A DNA stretch of 64,000 nucleotides, taken from an uncultured Pelagibacteraceae bacterium (lineage in GTDB: Bacteria; Pseudomonadota; Alphaproteobacteria; Pelagibacterales; Pelagibacteraceae). Shown here one piece after another: positions 9,275-20,163 of this stretch. The stretch lies in contig CACJYR010000001.1 in assembly GCA_902597675.1 (NCBI GenBank), forward strand, positions 7,659 through 71,658, in the 5' to 3' direction. Each line of letters starts with the position of its first letter. Positions within the stretch are counted from its first letter, which is position 1. The notes under the pieces were generated by a model. It worked only from the letters and a program-made list of their open reading frames with translations. It made no database searches and was not told the origin of the DNA. Both the position numbers and the translations under genes were made by a program.

Positions 9275-10321
9275 ATGTCAATAAAAAATTTGGGTATAAT
9301 TGGTGGTGGTCAACTAGGAAGCCTATTAGCTGTCGCAGCTAAGAAGTTGAATATCAATACAATAATCTACTGTGATGATGTAGATGCTCCAGCACAAAAT
9401 TTTTGTAACAAATTTATTCATGGCAAATACGATGACAAAATTAAAATGCGAGAGTTCATTAATGAAATTGATGTAATTACTTATGAGTTTGAAAATATAC
9501 CTTATGAAACTTTAAATGAAATGAACAAGGTAAAACCAGTTTTACCAAAACCATCGGTAAATAGATTAATTCAACATCGAATTGCAGAAAAAGATTTTGT
9601 AAATAAACTCAATATTAGAACTACTAGATACGCATCGATAGAAAGTAAATCCGATATGGAACCATTGGGAGATTTCTTACCTGGAATTTTAAAAACAACT
9701 ACAATGGGTTATGATGGTAAAGGCCAATACCCTATTAAAAAAATTCAAGACATCAATAACCTGAATATTGATTTTTCAAAAGGTTATATACTGGAAAAAT
9801 TAGTAAAACTTAAAAAAGAGATATCAGTCATTATTACCAGATTTGGGAACAATAGTTATGAAATATATGAGCCAATAGAAAATACTCATGAAGATCAAAT
9901 ATTAAAACATTCAATAATACCAGCTCAAATCAATAAAAAAATATTTGATGAATCTAAAGATTGGTCGATCCGGATCGCAGAAGAATTGAAATATATAGGA
10001 ACGCTTTGTGTTGAATTTTTTATTGATAGAAATGAAAATCTTTATGTTAATGAAATAGCTCCTCGAGTTCACAATTCTGGCCATCTAACAATAAATGCTT
10101 TTAATATTAGTCAATTTGAAAATCATGTGAGAGCAGTCTGTTCACTAGAAAAAATTCCACTCAAGAAAATATCTAATGCAAAAATGGTGAACCTAATAGG
10201 AAATCAAATCAAACCATATAGAGAAAACTTTAAATTAAATGAAAATGAATTTTTCTTTGATTATCAAAAAAAAGAGATAAAAGATAAAAGAAAAATGGGC
10301 CACATAACAACTTTAATATAA
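9275..10321 (+). CDS. purK: N5-CAIR synthase
   Basis: GGGQLG, TYEFEN, GYDGKGQ, NEIAPRVHNSGH, RKMGH. Confidence 0.97.
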   Translation: MSIKNLGIIGGGQLGSLLAVAAKKLNINTIIYCDDVDAPAQNFCNKFIHGKYDDKIKMREFINEIDVITYEFENIPYETLNEMNKVKPVLPKPSVNRLIQHRIAEKDFVNKLNIRTTRYASIESKSDMEPLGDFLPGILKTTTMGYDGKGQYPIKKIQDINNLNIDFSKGYILEKLVKLKKEISVIITRFGNNSYEIYEPIENTHEDQILKHSIIPAQINKKIFDESKDWSIRIAEELKYIGTLCVEFFIDRNENLYVNEIAPRVHNSGHLTINAFNISQFENHVRAVCSLEKIPLKKISNAKMVNLIGNQIKPYRENFKLNENEFFFDYQKKEIKDKRKMGHITTLI

Positions 10322-10789
10322 ATGCTTAAATCTATTGAGGGAAATTTTGATAACCCAGAGGTCAATAAACTTCTGACAAAACATTTTATAGAACTTAGAG
10401 CAGCATCACCCGAGGGTAGTGCCCATGTTCTAGATATTCCGGGGTTAAAAGTTTCATCAATTAAATTTTGGAGCCTTTGGGAAAATGATAAAATATTTGG
10501 TTGTGGAGCATTAAAGTTCTTAGACAAAGATCATGGTGAATTTAAATCAATTAGAATACACGATGATTTTAAAAATCAAGGTAATGGTATTAAAGTCATC
10601 AAACATCTCATTGATGAAGCTAAGAAATTAAAAATTAAAAGAATTAGCTTAGAGACTGGTGCTGGAAAATTTTTTGATCCAGCGAGAAAATTATTTAAAA
10701 GATGTGATTTTACACCTTGCAAACCCTTTGCCCATTATAAAGAAGATGTTAATTCTATCTATTTAACTAAGCTAATTAACCACGAATGA
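10322..10789 (+). CDS. GNAT-family N-acetyltransferase (YsnE-like)
   Basis: GCGALK, GEFKSIR, NQGNG, SLETG motifs. Confidence 0.88.
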   Translation: MLKSIEGNFDNPEVNKLLTKHFIELRAASPEGSAHVLDIPGLKVSSIKFWSLWENDKIFGCGALKFLDKDHGEFKSIRIHDDFKNQGNGIKVIKHLIDEAKKLKIKRISLETGAGKFFDPARKLFKRCDFTPCKPFAHYKEDVNSIYLTKLINHE

Positions 10790-10908
10790 TAAAAAAAAGT
10801 CTAATTGTGCACTAAATTTGTTGACAAAACCCTAATATTTATAAACAAAGCCAACATTACTTAATTATAAGTAATAAATTAATATAACAATAAGTAAGAA
10901 GAAAAAAT

Positions 10909-11115
10909 ATGAGTCTACAAGGAAAAGTAAAATGGTTCAATCCAACTAAAGGTTTTGGTTTTATTGAACGTGACGACAAAGAAAAAGATGTGTTTGTACA
11001 TGTTTCAGCTGTAAGAGATGCTGGTATGAACGGTTTAGATGAGGGTCAAGCTTTGACTTTCGATGTTGAAGATGGTCCTAAAGGTCCTTCAGCAGTTAAC
11101 TTAAAAACTGCATAA
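10909..11115 (+). CDS. cspA: Cold-shock (CSD) RNA-binding protein
   Basis: GKVKWFN, KGFGFI (RNP1), VFVH (RNP2). Confidence 0.95.
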   Translation: MSLQGKVKWFNPTKGFGFIERDDKEKDVFVHVSAVRDAGMNGLDEGQALTFDVEDGPKGPSAVNLKTA

Positions 11116-11130
11116 TTTTCACATAAATTA

Positions 11131-11188
11131 ATTGGCTATAAATTTAATTAATTTTTTAATTAAGAATTAATTTATTTTTATAGCCAAT
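11131..11188 (+). terminator. Long imperfect hairpin 3' of the cold-shock gene
   Basis: ATTGGCTATAAA (11131-11142) pairs with TTTATAGCCAAT (11177-11188); inner AATTAATT arms. Confidence 0.55.
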
Positions 11189-11223
11189 GAACTATTCTAC
11201 AAACAAAATTTAGAAAATAATTT

Positions 11224-11973
11224 ATGATTGGCATTTTAGGTGGAATGGGTACCCAGGCAGGTTTAGATTTTTGTAATAAGCTGGCAATTTTATATAGAGG
11301 TAAGATCGATCAAGATTACCCTTTGTTTATGCTTTATAACAAATCAAATATTCCTGGTAGACCTGAATCGATTGGTATCCATACCGGTAAACTATCAAAT
11401 AAAATAAGTAATAAAAAAACTAAACAAAAATATTTATCTGTTTTAAAAAGTTTAATTTATGGTTGTAATCTTTTAAAAAAAAGTAATTGTAAATTTATAG
11501 TCATACCCTGTAACACAGCCCATTATTGGTATGATGACTTAAAAAAACGAATTAACTTACCGATAGTAAATATGCCTAAGGAAGTTTTTTTGCATGCTAA
11601 AAAAAAATGTAGAAAAAATTCCTCAATTGGTTTGCTTGCTACAGAAGGAACTTTAAAAACAGGTATTTATAATAAGTTTTTTGATAAAGATTATAATCTA
11701 GTGTTTCCAAATAATTCTATTCAAAGTAAATCAGTCAACAAAGCTATCAGGCTTGTAAAAATGGGAAAAGTGAAACTAGCGAGCAAAGCTATTAAGCCAG
11801 CAATCAATTATTTAATTAAAAAAAAATGTAAAAAAATTATTCTTGGTTGTACAGAGCTCCCTATTGCCATTTTTGCCTATAAACCATTTAAGACAATTAA
11901 ATCATCAAAAATATTTTTGGACCCAAATTTGATTTTAGCTAACGCTGCTATGAGGAAATATCAAAATAGATAA
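11224..11973 (+). CDS. Aspartate/glutamate racemase family protein
   Basis: GILGGMG and both catalytic Cys motifs, PCNTAH and GCTELP. Confidence 0.9.
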   Translation: MIGILGGMGTQAGLDFCNKLAILYRGKIDQDYPLFMLYNKSNIPGRPESIGIHTGKLSNKISNKKTKQKYLSVLKSLIYGCNLLKKSNCKFIVIPCNTAHYWYDDLKKRINLPIVNMPKEVFLHAKKKCRKNSSIGLLATEGTLKTGIYNKFFDKDYNLVFPNNSIQSKSVNKAIRLVKMGKVKLASKAIKPAINYLIKKKCKKIILGCTELPIAIFAYKPFKTIKSSKIFLDPNLILANAAMRKYQNR

Positions 11974-12383
11974 TGCAATCTAAAGAAAAGCCTTATGTGA
12001 TACTAGTTGCAGAAGCAATTTACTCAAAAGTTTGTGAAATTAAGAAAAAAAATCCTGAGCTGACAACAATCAACGCAATTGAAAACTTTATTGGAACAAC
12101 AACCTACAATGATATAAGTAGTGGAAAATTCCATGATGAATTAATTGAAAAAGTATCAAAAAAGAAGGTGCCTGAAGAAACTCTAAGATTACTTCATATT
12201 CAAAAAGATTTATCAGTTAAGCAGCTAATTCAATATCCTGAATTATATTATGCAAAGAGCCATTATCCTCTTGAAATTTCTCAAAGAGCTTTCGATCATT
12301 TATGGAGAATGTGTGAAAGTTATGAATTATGGTGTAAAGAGACAAAACAAAACAAATTAATAATACTTAATATTGTAGATTAA
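11973..12383 (+). CDS. Hypothetical protein
   Basis: Coupled ORF (TAATG overlap); no recognised motif. Confidence 0.7.
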   Translation: MQSKEKPYVILVAEAIYSKVCEIKKKNPELTTINAIENFIGTTTYNDISSGKFHDELIEKVSKKKVPEETLRLLHIQKDLSVKQLIQYPELYYAKSHYPLEISQRAFDHLWRMCESYELWCKETKQNKLIILNIVD

Positions 12384-12402
12384 ATAATTTATAAGACCTG
12401 GA

Positions 12403-13251
12403 ATGGTCAGAATATTTCCACTCATATTTGTTTTACTTTGGTCTTCTGCCTTTATCACAACAAAACCAATTATTGATAATAGTGATCCTTTCGCAGCTCT
12501 AGCCTTCAGATTTTTTTTTGTCGCTGTGGGTTTTTTGTTATTTTCCATTTACCTTCAACAATCAATATTGATTAAAAAAAGATATCTGATTGAGTCAATG
12601 TTCAGTGGTATCTTGTTTCATGGGTTATATTTAGGAGGAGTTTTTTATTCGATTTCAATTGGGATGCCAACAAGTTTAGCTGCTCTAATCGTAACACTTC
12701 AACCAATTTTAACAAATATTTTGAGCGGACCACTTTTAAATGAAAAAGTTACATTACAGCAATGGGTAGGTGTTTTATTGGGATTTGTTGGCGCTTCTTT
12801 AGTTCTAGGAATAGATGTTGGCTCAGGTATTCCTCTACTAGGTTTGATTGCAACTTTAATTGCATTGTTATCTATAACTTTTTCTACCATTTGGCAGAAA
12901 AAATTGAGTAATAACTTACCATTATCTGTTAGTAATTTTTATCAAGCATTGGGTGGTTGTTTATTTCATGTTTTAATAATTATTTTTTTTATAGAGCCCT
13001 ACATCTATTTTACAAAAACATTTATTATAGCAATGAGTCATCAAATTTTTCTTGTTTCCTTCGGTGCATTTACAATACTGATGTTTTTAATAAAAAAAAA
13101 TTCAGCTAGTAAAACAGTTTCTGTTTTTTTTCTAATACCAGCAACCTCTGCTATAATGGCATGGCTTTTTTTAAATGAAACTTTAACAAATATTGATGTT
13201 GTTGGCTTTTTAATAGCGTCGGTGGGTGTTTATATTGCAACAAGGAATTAA
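12403..13251 (+). CDS. DMT/EamA family transporter
   Basis: About 10 TM; LLWSSAF, ALIVTLQPILT, LNEKV motifs. Confidence 0.9.
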   Translation: MVRIFPLIFVLLWSSAFITTKPIIDNSDPFAALAFRFFFVAVGFLLFSIYLQQSILIKKRYLIESMFSGILFHGLYLGGVFYSISIGMPTSLAALIVTLQPILTNILSGPLLNEKVTLQQWVGVLLGFVGASLVLGIDVGSGIPLLGLIATLIALLSITFSTIWQKKLSNNLPLSVSNFYQALGGCLFHVLIIIFFIEPYIYFTKTFIIAMSHQIFLVSFGAFTILMFLIKKNSASKTVSVFFLIPATSAIMAWLFLNETLTNIDVVGFLIASVGVYIATRN

Positions 13252-13838
13252 TAACTAATTATTTTATAACCAAATTCTAACGAGCCATCTGTAATTGAAT
13301 GATGCAAAGACTCTCCAAAGCTTCTTAATCCGAAAATTCTAACTTTTCTTGGATTGTTAGAAATAAAATCAATCGTAATTGATATTCCATTATAAATTGA
13401 ATTGGTGCAATCACCCTCGTTAAATTTATCAATATTTATAGGACATCCTTTTTTTAAAACTTCATTAACAAGATCACCTTGAATTTCAATTATTGTTCTT
13501 GAATGCGATAAATCTGTAATTGCAAAATTACTTTCATCGAATTGTTTTCCATCTTTTAAAAGTAAATCTGTTTTAGAAGATATAACTATCCAATTCTTTG
13601 GTCCCATCCATAAAATTCTAGTATCTGAATTTGAGGAGGATTTTAAAGGAGATGGTAATTTTAGGTTATCAATTTTTATATTTGAAATATCTGAACTTGA
13701 ATTTTTGTATTGAACTATTTGGAATATTAAAACATTCTTCAATTCTGAAATCTTTAACAAGTCTTTCTCATTTTTATTTTCAATATCACCAAATTTTCCA
13801 TTTTGATGCACATTACTTAAAGAAGAAATTTGCTTCAC
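13248..13838 (-). CDS. soxG: Heterotetrameric sarcosine oxidase-family gamma subunit
   Basis: LWMGPKNW, DLSHSR, RSFGE; last gene of the BDAG operon. Confidence 0.85.
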   Translation of the reverse strand: MKQISSLSNVHQNGKFGDIENKNEKDLLKISELKNVLIFQIVQYKNSSSDISNIKIDNLKLPSPLKSSSNSDTRILWMGPKNWIVISSKTDLLLKDGKQFDESNFAITDLSHSRTIIEIQGDLVNEVLKKGCPINIDKFNEGDCTNSIYNGISITIDFISNNPRKVRIFGLRSFGESLHHSITDGSLEFGYKIISY

Positions 13839-16831
13839 GATCTTACTCTCTTTCCTTCATGGTCTACATAATGTGAGGACATTACCTCCACCTCAATAGA
13901 AGTATTTTTAAGTGGAGAGACCGCAAAAAGCTTTTTTCCTATCATATTCTTTCCATCTTTTAATATTGCAAGAGAAAAAGGATTATTGTTCTCCACACTC
14001 CAACAAGATGATGAAACATGACCAAGTTTAGGATTTGGAAGTTTTGCATTTTTATTTTCTACTAAATGAGATCCCTCTGGAATACTTGATTTCCTGTCTA
14101 ATGGGACTAAACCAACAATTTTTTGTCTATCAGCTTTGTTAAATGCCTCTTTAGCTAAAGATCTCTTTCCAATAAAATCTTTTTTCTTTGATACTAAACC
14201 TTCTAACGAAACATCATAAGGAATAGTTCTTCCGTCAAGCTCTGGTCCAGCTACATGACCCATCTCTATTCTTAGTGTCGATAATGCTTCCGTACCATAA
14301 GGTTGAATATTAAATTCTTCACCAATTTCAATAATTTTTTCCCACATAAATAATCCAAAATCAGACTCGACATTTATTTCGTAAGCGAGCTCGCCTGAAA
14401 AAGAAATTCTAAAAATTCTTGCTTTTACACCTAATAAGTCTCCCTCTACATATCCCATAAAAGGAAGAGCCTCATTGCTAACATCTATTTTAGAAAAAAG
14501 CTTTGCTAACAAATCTCTTGATTTAGGTCCTGCAATCGCCGCACCAGCCCATTGTTCAGTTGTTGACACCACATTAACATTTAATTCTGGCCAAACAATT
14601 TGCAGGTAATATTCCAAATGGGATAATACGTTTGCGGCCTGTGCAGTAGTAGTTGTCATATGATAATGATTTTCTGAAATTCTGGTTGTTGTCCCATCAT
14701 CCATGACAATTCCATCTTCCCTAAGCATAACTCCGTATCGGGCTTTACCTACTGGAAGTTTTAACCATGCGTTTGTGTAAACTCTATTTAAAAACTCTGC
14801 AGCGTCCGGACCTTTAATATCAATTTTCCCTAAAGTTGTTACATCACAAACACCTACGTGTTCTCGAACATTTTTTGCTTCTCTTTTTGATGCCTCAAAT
14901 AAATTTTCATTTCCTCTTTTGTAATATCTTGGTCTTTTCCAAGCACCAGCATCTACCCACACTGCATTATTTTTTTCATGCCAATGGTGCATTGGTGTTT
15001 TTCTTGTAGGCATATATTCTTTACCTATCTCCCTTCCAACTATTGTACCGATAGTAACTGGTGTAAAAGGGGGTCTAAAAGTAGTGTGACCTACTTGAGG
15101 AACAATTTTTTTTTCAACATTTGCAACTAATTGTAATCCGTTTAAATTACTTGTCCTTCCTTGGTCTGTTGCCATTCCCAACGTTGTATATCTCTTAACA
15201 TGCTCAATTGATCTATAACCTTCTCTTAAAGCAACCTCTATATCAGAAACAGCTACATCATTTTGAAAATCTACAAATCGTTTATAATGTTTACCTTTAG
15301 GGAGTGGAGAACACCAAAATTTATCATGAGCACTATATTTTCGTTCATTGGTATTAGGAATTTGAATTTTTTCATCTTTTTTAGTTATGTTTTTAGAAAC
15401 TTCTGACCCAGTATTAAAACTGTTTTTTAAGGTATCTTGTAATGTAAATGTTCCATTAGCAGCACCTAAAGAATGTTCATTTTGTTTTGATTTGTCTGGT
15501 ACAAAAGCATCTATCGAGTCGTTAAATTTCAGCTTATTACCTGATTGAGATGCCAGATGAACAGTTGGTGTCCAAAATCCAGATACACAAATAGAATCAC
15601 AATCTATTTGTTCTGTATTTTCAAAATCTATCTTCTCTTTATTTAATTTACCAATTGTTGCTGATTTTACTTTTTTATATCCATGAGCAACTATCACTGC
15701 ATAAGAAAACTTTATCTTTATATTTAAATCTTTAGCCTCATTAATTAACTCAGAGTTTTGATCCTCTCTAGTATCTAAAACTATTGGATTAACACCATTC
15801 TTTTTAAACTCAATAGCTGTTTCATAGCCGCTATCGTTGTTAGTGAAAATAATTGGTTTTTTACCAATTAGAACACCATAAACTTTCATATATTCTTTTG
15901 CAGCAGCTGAGAGAAAAACTCCAGGGGTATCATTATTTCCAAAAACGATTGGTCTTTCAATAGATCCTGTTGATAACAATACTTCCTTTGCTCTTATATA
16001 CCAAAGTCTTTGTCTTGGTGTGTACTTAGATTTTTTTTCTAAATGATCTCCTGTTCTTTCAAACATTACCATCATATTATGATCATAGTATCCAAAAACT
16101 TGAGATCTATTTTTAACAATAACATTAGGCATCTCTATTAATTCAGATATAATTTTTTCTGACCAATCTTTTCCAGATAAATTATCTATCGTAACGTCAT
16201 CTGTTAAAAGCGTCCCTCCATATCTAGGTTTATCCTCTGCTAATATTACTTTTGCTCCGTTTTTGGCAGCTGCATAAGCACTTGCTAAACCAGCGGGTCC
16301 AGAGCCAGTAACTAATAAATCACAATATTCATATTTATGCTCATATCTCTCTTTATCTTTTTCTAGAGAAGCAATTCCTAATCCCGCAGCTTTCCGAATA
16401 AAAGGCTCATACACTTTGTACCAAAAACTTTTAGGCCACATGAAAGTTTTGTAATAAAAACCAGCTGGAAAAAAACGATTAAAGAAATTATTTATTGCAC
16501 CAATATCAAAATTTACTGATGGCCAACAATTTTGACTAGACGCTGATAAACCATTTACTAGTTCTATTTCAGTTGCGTTAATATTTGGTTCTGAACAACC
16601 ATTGATCTCAACTTGCATTTTTGCATTTGGTTCATCAACTCCTGCACCAAAAAACCCTCTTGGACGATGATATTTAAAACTTCTTCCAATTAAATGTATG
16701 CCATTGGCAAGTAGTGCTGAAGCTAGCGTATCACCCTCATACCCAATATATTTTTTTCCATTAAATTTAAATTCTATAGGTTTATCTCTATTGATTAAGC
16801 CACCAGTATTCAGTCTAAAATTTTGTGACAT
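13835..16831 (-). CDS. soxA: Heterotetrameric sarcosine oxidase-family alpha subunit
   Basis: GDTLASALLANG, RSFKYHRPRG, GSGPAG, KRYTTLGMATDQG, C-terminal GcvT domain. Confidence 0.95.
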   Translation of the reverse strand: MSQNFRLNTGGLINRDKPIEFKFNGKKYIGYEGDTLASALLANGIHLIGRSFKYHRPRGFFGAGVDEPNAKMQVEINGCSEPNINATEIELVNGLSASSQNCWPSVNFDIGAINNFFNRFFPAGFYYKTFMWPKSFWYKVYEPFIRKAAGLGIASLEKDKERYEHKYEYCDLLVTGSGPAGLASAYAAAKNGAKVILAEDKPRYGGTLLTDDVTIDNLSGKDWSEKIISELIEMPNVIVKNRSQVFGYYDHNMMVMFERTGDHLEKKSKYTPRQRLWYIRAKEVLLSTGSIERPIVFGNNDTPGVFLSAAAKEYMKVYGVLIGKKPIIFTNNDSGYETAIEFKKNGVNPIVLDTREDQNSELINEAKDLNIKIKFSYAVIVAHGYKKVKSATIGKLNKEKIDFENTEQIDCDSICVSGFWTPTVHLASQSGNKLKFNDSIDAFVPDKSKQNEHSLGAANGTFTLQDTLKNSFNTGSEVSKNITKKDEKIQIPNTNERKYSAHDKFWCSPLPKGKHYKRFVDFQNDVAVSDIEVALREGYRSIEHVKRYTTLGMATDQGRTSNLNGLQLVANVEKKIVPQVGHTTFRPPFTPVTIGTIVGREIGKEYMPTRKTPMHHWHEKNNAVWVDAGAWKRPRYYKRGNENLFEASKREAKNVREHVGVCDVTTLGKIDIKGPDAAEFLNRVYTNAWLKLPVGKARYGVMLREDGIVMDDGTTTRISENHYHMTTTTAQAANVLSHLEYYLQIVWPELNVNVVSTTEQWAGAAIAGPKSRDLLAKLFSKIDVSNEALPFMGYVEGDLLGVKARIFRISFSGELAYEINVESDFGLFMWEKIIEIGEEFNIQPYGTEALSTLRIEMGHVAGPELDGRTIPYDVSLEGLVSKKKDFIGKRSLAKEAFNKADRQKIVGLVPLDRKSSIPEGSHLVENKNAKLPNPKLGHVSSSCWSVENNNPFSLAILKDGKNMIGKKLFAVSPLKNTSIEVEVMSSHYVDHEGKRVRS

Positions 16832-17097
16832 TAAAATTCTTCCTCTGGTTTAAAAGTTCTAAAAATTTCGTGAGTAGTTGTATCTCTCTCAACTTTAAAC
16901 CATTGTCTGCATCCAGCAATATGATGCCACAATTCAATATGTTTTCCTCTCGGACTTTTTCTTAAATAAACAAAATTATCCCATTCTTCATCACTTATTT
17001 CTTGATTTAGTTTTGGTCTAGTGATTGTTCCATCGCCTCCGTAGGCGAATTCTTTTTGAGACCTGTCCCCGCAGTAAGGACACTTAATATTTAACAT
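16831..17097 (-). CDS. soxD: Sarcosine oxidase-family delta subunit
   Basis: CPYCG...EF.YGG...WHHIAGCRQWF zinc motif. Confidence 0.93.
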   Translation of the reverse strand: MLNIKCPYCGDRSQKEFAYGGDGTITRPKLNQEISDEEWDNFVYLRKSPRGKHIELWHHIAGCRQWFKVERDTTTHEIFRTFKPEEEF

Positions 17098-18354
17098 TTA
17101 TGAAATCCAAGTTTTTGTTCCAAGGCCCTTCTCATCTATCAAGTAACCTTTAGAAAATCTATTTAGACTAAATCCCTCATTTAATTCATGAACTCTATCT
17201 TGTGCGATTGTATGTGCAAATGTCCACCCAGAAGATGGAACCGATTTGAAGCCACCATAACACCAACCACAATTTAAATATAATCCATCGATATGAGTTT
17301 TATCAATAATAGGTGAGCCATCCATTGACATATCCATAATCCCTCCCCAAGTCCTTAACATTTTCAATCGACTTAAGAATGGAAATAAAGCAACACCTCC
17401 GGTTAAGACATGTTGTATTGTTGGAAGATTCCCTTTTTGTGCATAACTATTATATCCATCAAGATCTCCACCCATAACCATCTCACCTTTATCTGATTGA
17501 CTAATATAAAAATGTCCAGCACCAAAGGTTACCACTCCATCTAAAACTGGTTTCACTGGCTCAGAAACACAAGCTTGTAACAAATGAGTTTCTATAGGAA
17601 GTGTCATATTAAGTTTTTCTGCTAAAACATTTGTGCTGCCAGCTACACACAATCCAATTTTTTTTGATTTAATATCTCCTCTAGATGTTCTCAAACCTAT
17701 TATTTTTCCTGCCTCAATATCAAATCCTGTTACTTCACAATTTTGAATTATATCGACACCCATTGAGTCAGCTTGTCTAGCATAACCCCATGCGACCGCA
17801 TCATGTCTTGCGGTACCAGCACTTGGTTGTGCCAGGCCTCCAAAAATTGGATACCTTACATCATCTGAAAAATCAGCCATAGGTATAATCTTTTTAACTT
17901 CTTCCCTATTAAGTAGAACAGCATCTATTCCATTTAATCTCATAGAGTTTCCTCTACGAGCATAAGCATTCATTTGTGCATCTGAATGAGCTAAATTGAT
18001 TATTCCTCTTGGTGAAAACATGACATTAAAATTTAATTCCTGACTCATGTTTCTCCACAGGTTCATTCCAAATTCATTGAATCTAGCATTGTCATCATAC
18101 ATAAAATTTGATCTGATAATTGTGGTGTTTCTTCCTATATTTCCTCCGCCAATCCATCCTTTTTCAATGACTGCCACATTAGTTATTTGATGCTCTTTAG
18201 CTAAATAATAGGCAGTAGCTAACCCGTGGCCACCACCACCAATAATTACAACATCATATTCTTTTTTAGGTGTAGGATCTTTCCATGCCAAATCCCATTT
18301 TTCATGATTAGAAAAAGCATTTTTGATTAGGCTAAATACTGAATATTTTTGCAT
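17098..18354 (-). CDS. soxB: Sarcosine oxidase-family beta subunit (possibly N-methylglutamate dehydrogenase)
   Basis: GGGGHGLATAYYLA, GRNTTIIRSN, ARHDAVAWGYAR, GWCYGGFK. Confidence 0.93.
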   Translation of the reverse strand: MQKYSVFSLIKNAFSNHEKWDLAWKDPTPKKEYDVVIIGGGGHGLATAYYLAKEHQITNVAVIEKGWIGGGNIGRNTTIIRSNFMYDDNARFNEFGMNLWRNMSQELNFNVMFSPRGIINLAHSDAQMNAYARRGNSMRLNGIDAVLLNREEVKKIIPMADFSDDVRYPIFGGLAQPSAGTARHDAVAWGYARQADSMGVDIIQNCEVTGFDIEAGKIIGLRTSRGDIKSKKIGLCVAGSTNVLAEKLNMTLPIETHLLQACVSEPVKPVLDGVVTFGAGHFYISQSDKGEMVMGGDLDGYNSYAQKGNLPTIQHVLTGGVALFPFLSRLKMLRTWGGIMDMSMDGSPIIDKTHIDGLYLNCGWCYGGFKSVPSSGWTFAHTIAQDRVHELNEGFSLNRFSKGYLIDEKGLGTKTWIS

Positions 18355-18477
18355 GATTAAATTTTATAATAATGAATATAAATAGTTCCTATTTTTTTTA
18401 TATATAATTTTTAGATATTTCCAAAGCTCTTAAAAAGAGATACTAATCGAGCAGTTTTTGTATATTTAAAGAATTTA

Positions 18478-20163
18478 ATGAGTGAAATAAAATCAGACAT
18501 TCAAATTGCAAGAGAAGCTAAAATGCAACCAATCAAAGACATTTTAGCAAAAATAAATGTTCCTGATGAAAGTTCTGCCTTCAGCCCCATGGGGCGTCAC
18601 ATCGCAAAAATAAATTTAGAATACCTTAATAGTCTCAAGAGTAAAAAAGAGGGAAAATTAATTTTAGTGACTGCTATAACTCCTACTCCAGCAGGAGAAG
18701 GAAAGACCACAACCTCCGTAGGTCTAAATGATGGTCTTAATAAAATCGGAAAAAAATCTATCGTCTGTTTAAGAGAACCAAGTTTAGGTCCATCTTTTGG
18801 AATGAAAGGTGGAGCTGCTGGTGGTGGCTATGCTCAAGTTGTTCCTATGGAACAAATTAATCTACATTTCACAGGTGACTTTCATGCAATTACATCTGCA
18901 CATAATCTTTTATCTGCATTGATAGATAATCATATCTATTGGGGAAATAAACTTAATATAGATGTAAGAAGAATTGCTTGGAAAAGAGTTTTAGATATGA
19001 ATGATAGAGCGTTAAGATCAATTAATATTAATCTTGGTGGTGTCGCTAATGGATTCCCAAGGGAAGATGGATTTGATATTACAGTTGCTTCAGAAATAAT
19101 GGCTATCTTTTGCTTGGCTAATAATTTGGAAGATTTAGAAAATAGAATTGGAAATATTACTGTTGCTTACACAAGAGAGAAAAAACCAATATATGCTAAA
19201 GATTTAAAAGCACAGGGACCTATGACTGTTTTGTTGAAAGAAGCTATAAGACCAAACATAACTCAAACATTAGAAAATAATCCTGCAATAATTCATGGCG
19301 GGCCTTTTGCTAATATTGCACATGGTTGTAATTCTGTAATCGCAACTAAAGCTGGACTTAAATTAGCTGACTATGTGGTAACTGAAGCTGGGTTTGGTGC
19401 AGATCTTGGTGCTGAAAAATTTCTAGATATTAAATGTAGAAAATCTGATTTAAAACCAAGTTGTGTGGTTATTGTTGCTACAATTAGAGCATTAAAAATG
19501 CATGGTGGTGTAGCCAAAGATGATCTTAAAAATGAAAACGTTGCAGCACTAAAAAAAGGTTTGGTCAACCTTGAAAGGCATGTCGAAAATATAAAAAAAT
19601 TTGGTCTTCCTGTAGCGATAGCTGTAAATCATTTTATAAAAGATACTGACGATGAGGTAAAAGCTTTAGTTGATTTTTGTAATAAATTAGGAATAAAGGC
19701 AAGTCTTTGTACCCACTGGGCAAATGGAGGAGAAGGTACAAAAGAATTAGCTTCACATGTTGCTGATTTATGTGAAAAAAATGAAAATAAATTTAAATTT
19801 TTATACGAAAGTAAGACACCATTGTTTAAAAAAATTGAAACAATAGCAAAAGAAATTTACAGAGCTGATGAAGTTATTGCTGATACAAAAATTAGAGATC
19901 AACTTAAAAGTTTTGAAGAGGCAGGTTATGGAGAATTACCAATTTGTGTAGCTAAAACTCAGTACAGTTTTTCAACTGATCCTAATCTCAAAGGTGCACC
20001 TACAGGTCACTCATTACCAATTAGAGAAATAAGGCTTTCTTCAGGAGCTGAATTTATAGTTGTTGTCTGTGGAGCAATAATGACAATGCCTGGTTTACCA
20101 AGGGTACCAGCAGCAGACTCTATTAAACTTAATAAAAAAGGTGAAATCGAAGGGTTATTTTAA
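18478..20163 (+). CDS. fhs: Formate--tetrahydrofolate ligase
   Basis: [51 protein letters not shown]. Confidence 0.98.
   Translation: MSEIKSDIQIAREAKMQPIKDILAKINVPDESSAFSPMGRHIAKINLEYLNSLKSKKEGKLILVTAITPTPAGEGKTTTSVGLNDGLNKIGKKSIVCLREPSLGPSFGMKGGAAGGGYAQVVPMEQINLHFTGDFHAITSAHNLLSALIDNHIYWGNKLNIDVRRIAWKRVLDMNDRALRSININLGGVANGFPREDGFDITVASEIMAIFCLANNLEDLENRIGNITVAYTREKKPIYAKDLKAQGPMTVLLKEAIRPNITQTLENNPAIIHGGPFANIAHGCNSVIATKAGLKLADYVVTEAGFGADLGAEKFLDIKCRKSDLKPSCVVIVATIRALKMHGGVAKDDLKNENVAALKKGLVNLERHVENIKKFGLPVAIAVNHFIKDTDDEVKALVDFCNKLGIKASLCTHWANGGEGTKELASHVADLCEKNENKFKFLYESKTPLFKKIETIAKEIYRADEVIADTKIRDQLKSFEEAGYGELPICVAKTQYSFSTDPNLKGAPTGHSLPIREIRLSSGAEFIVVVCGAIMTMPGLPRVPAADSIKLNKKGEIEGLF

Noticed and set aside
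10790-10908. Riboswitch or defined promoter upstream of the cold-shock gene
   Set aside because: TTGACA at 10821 has no well-spaced -10, and no SAM-V or glycine riboswitch core was recognised here or in other intergenic gaps.
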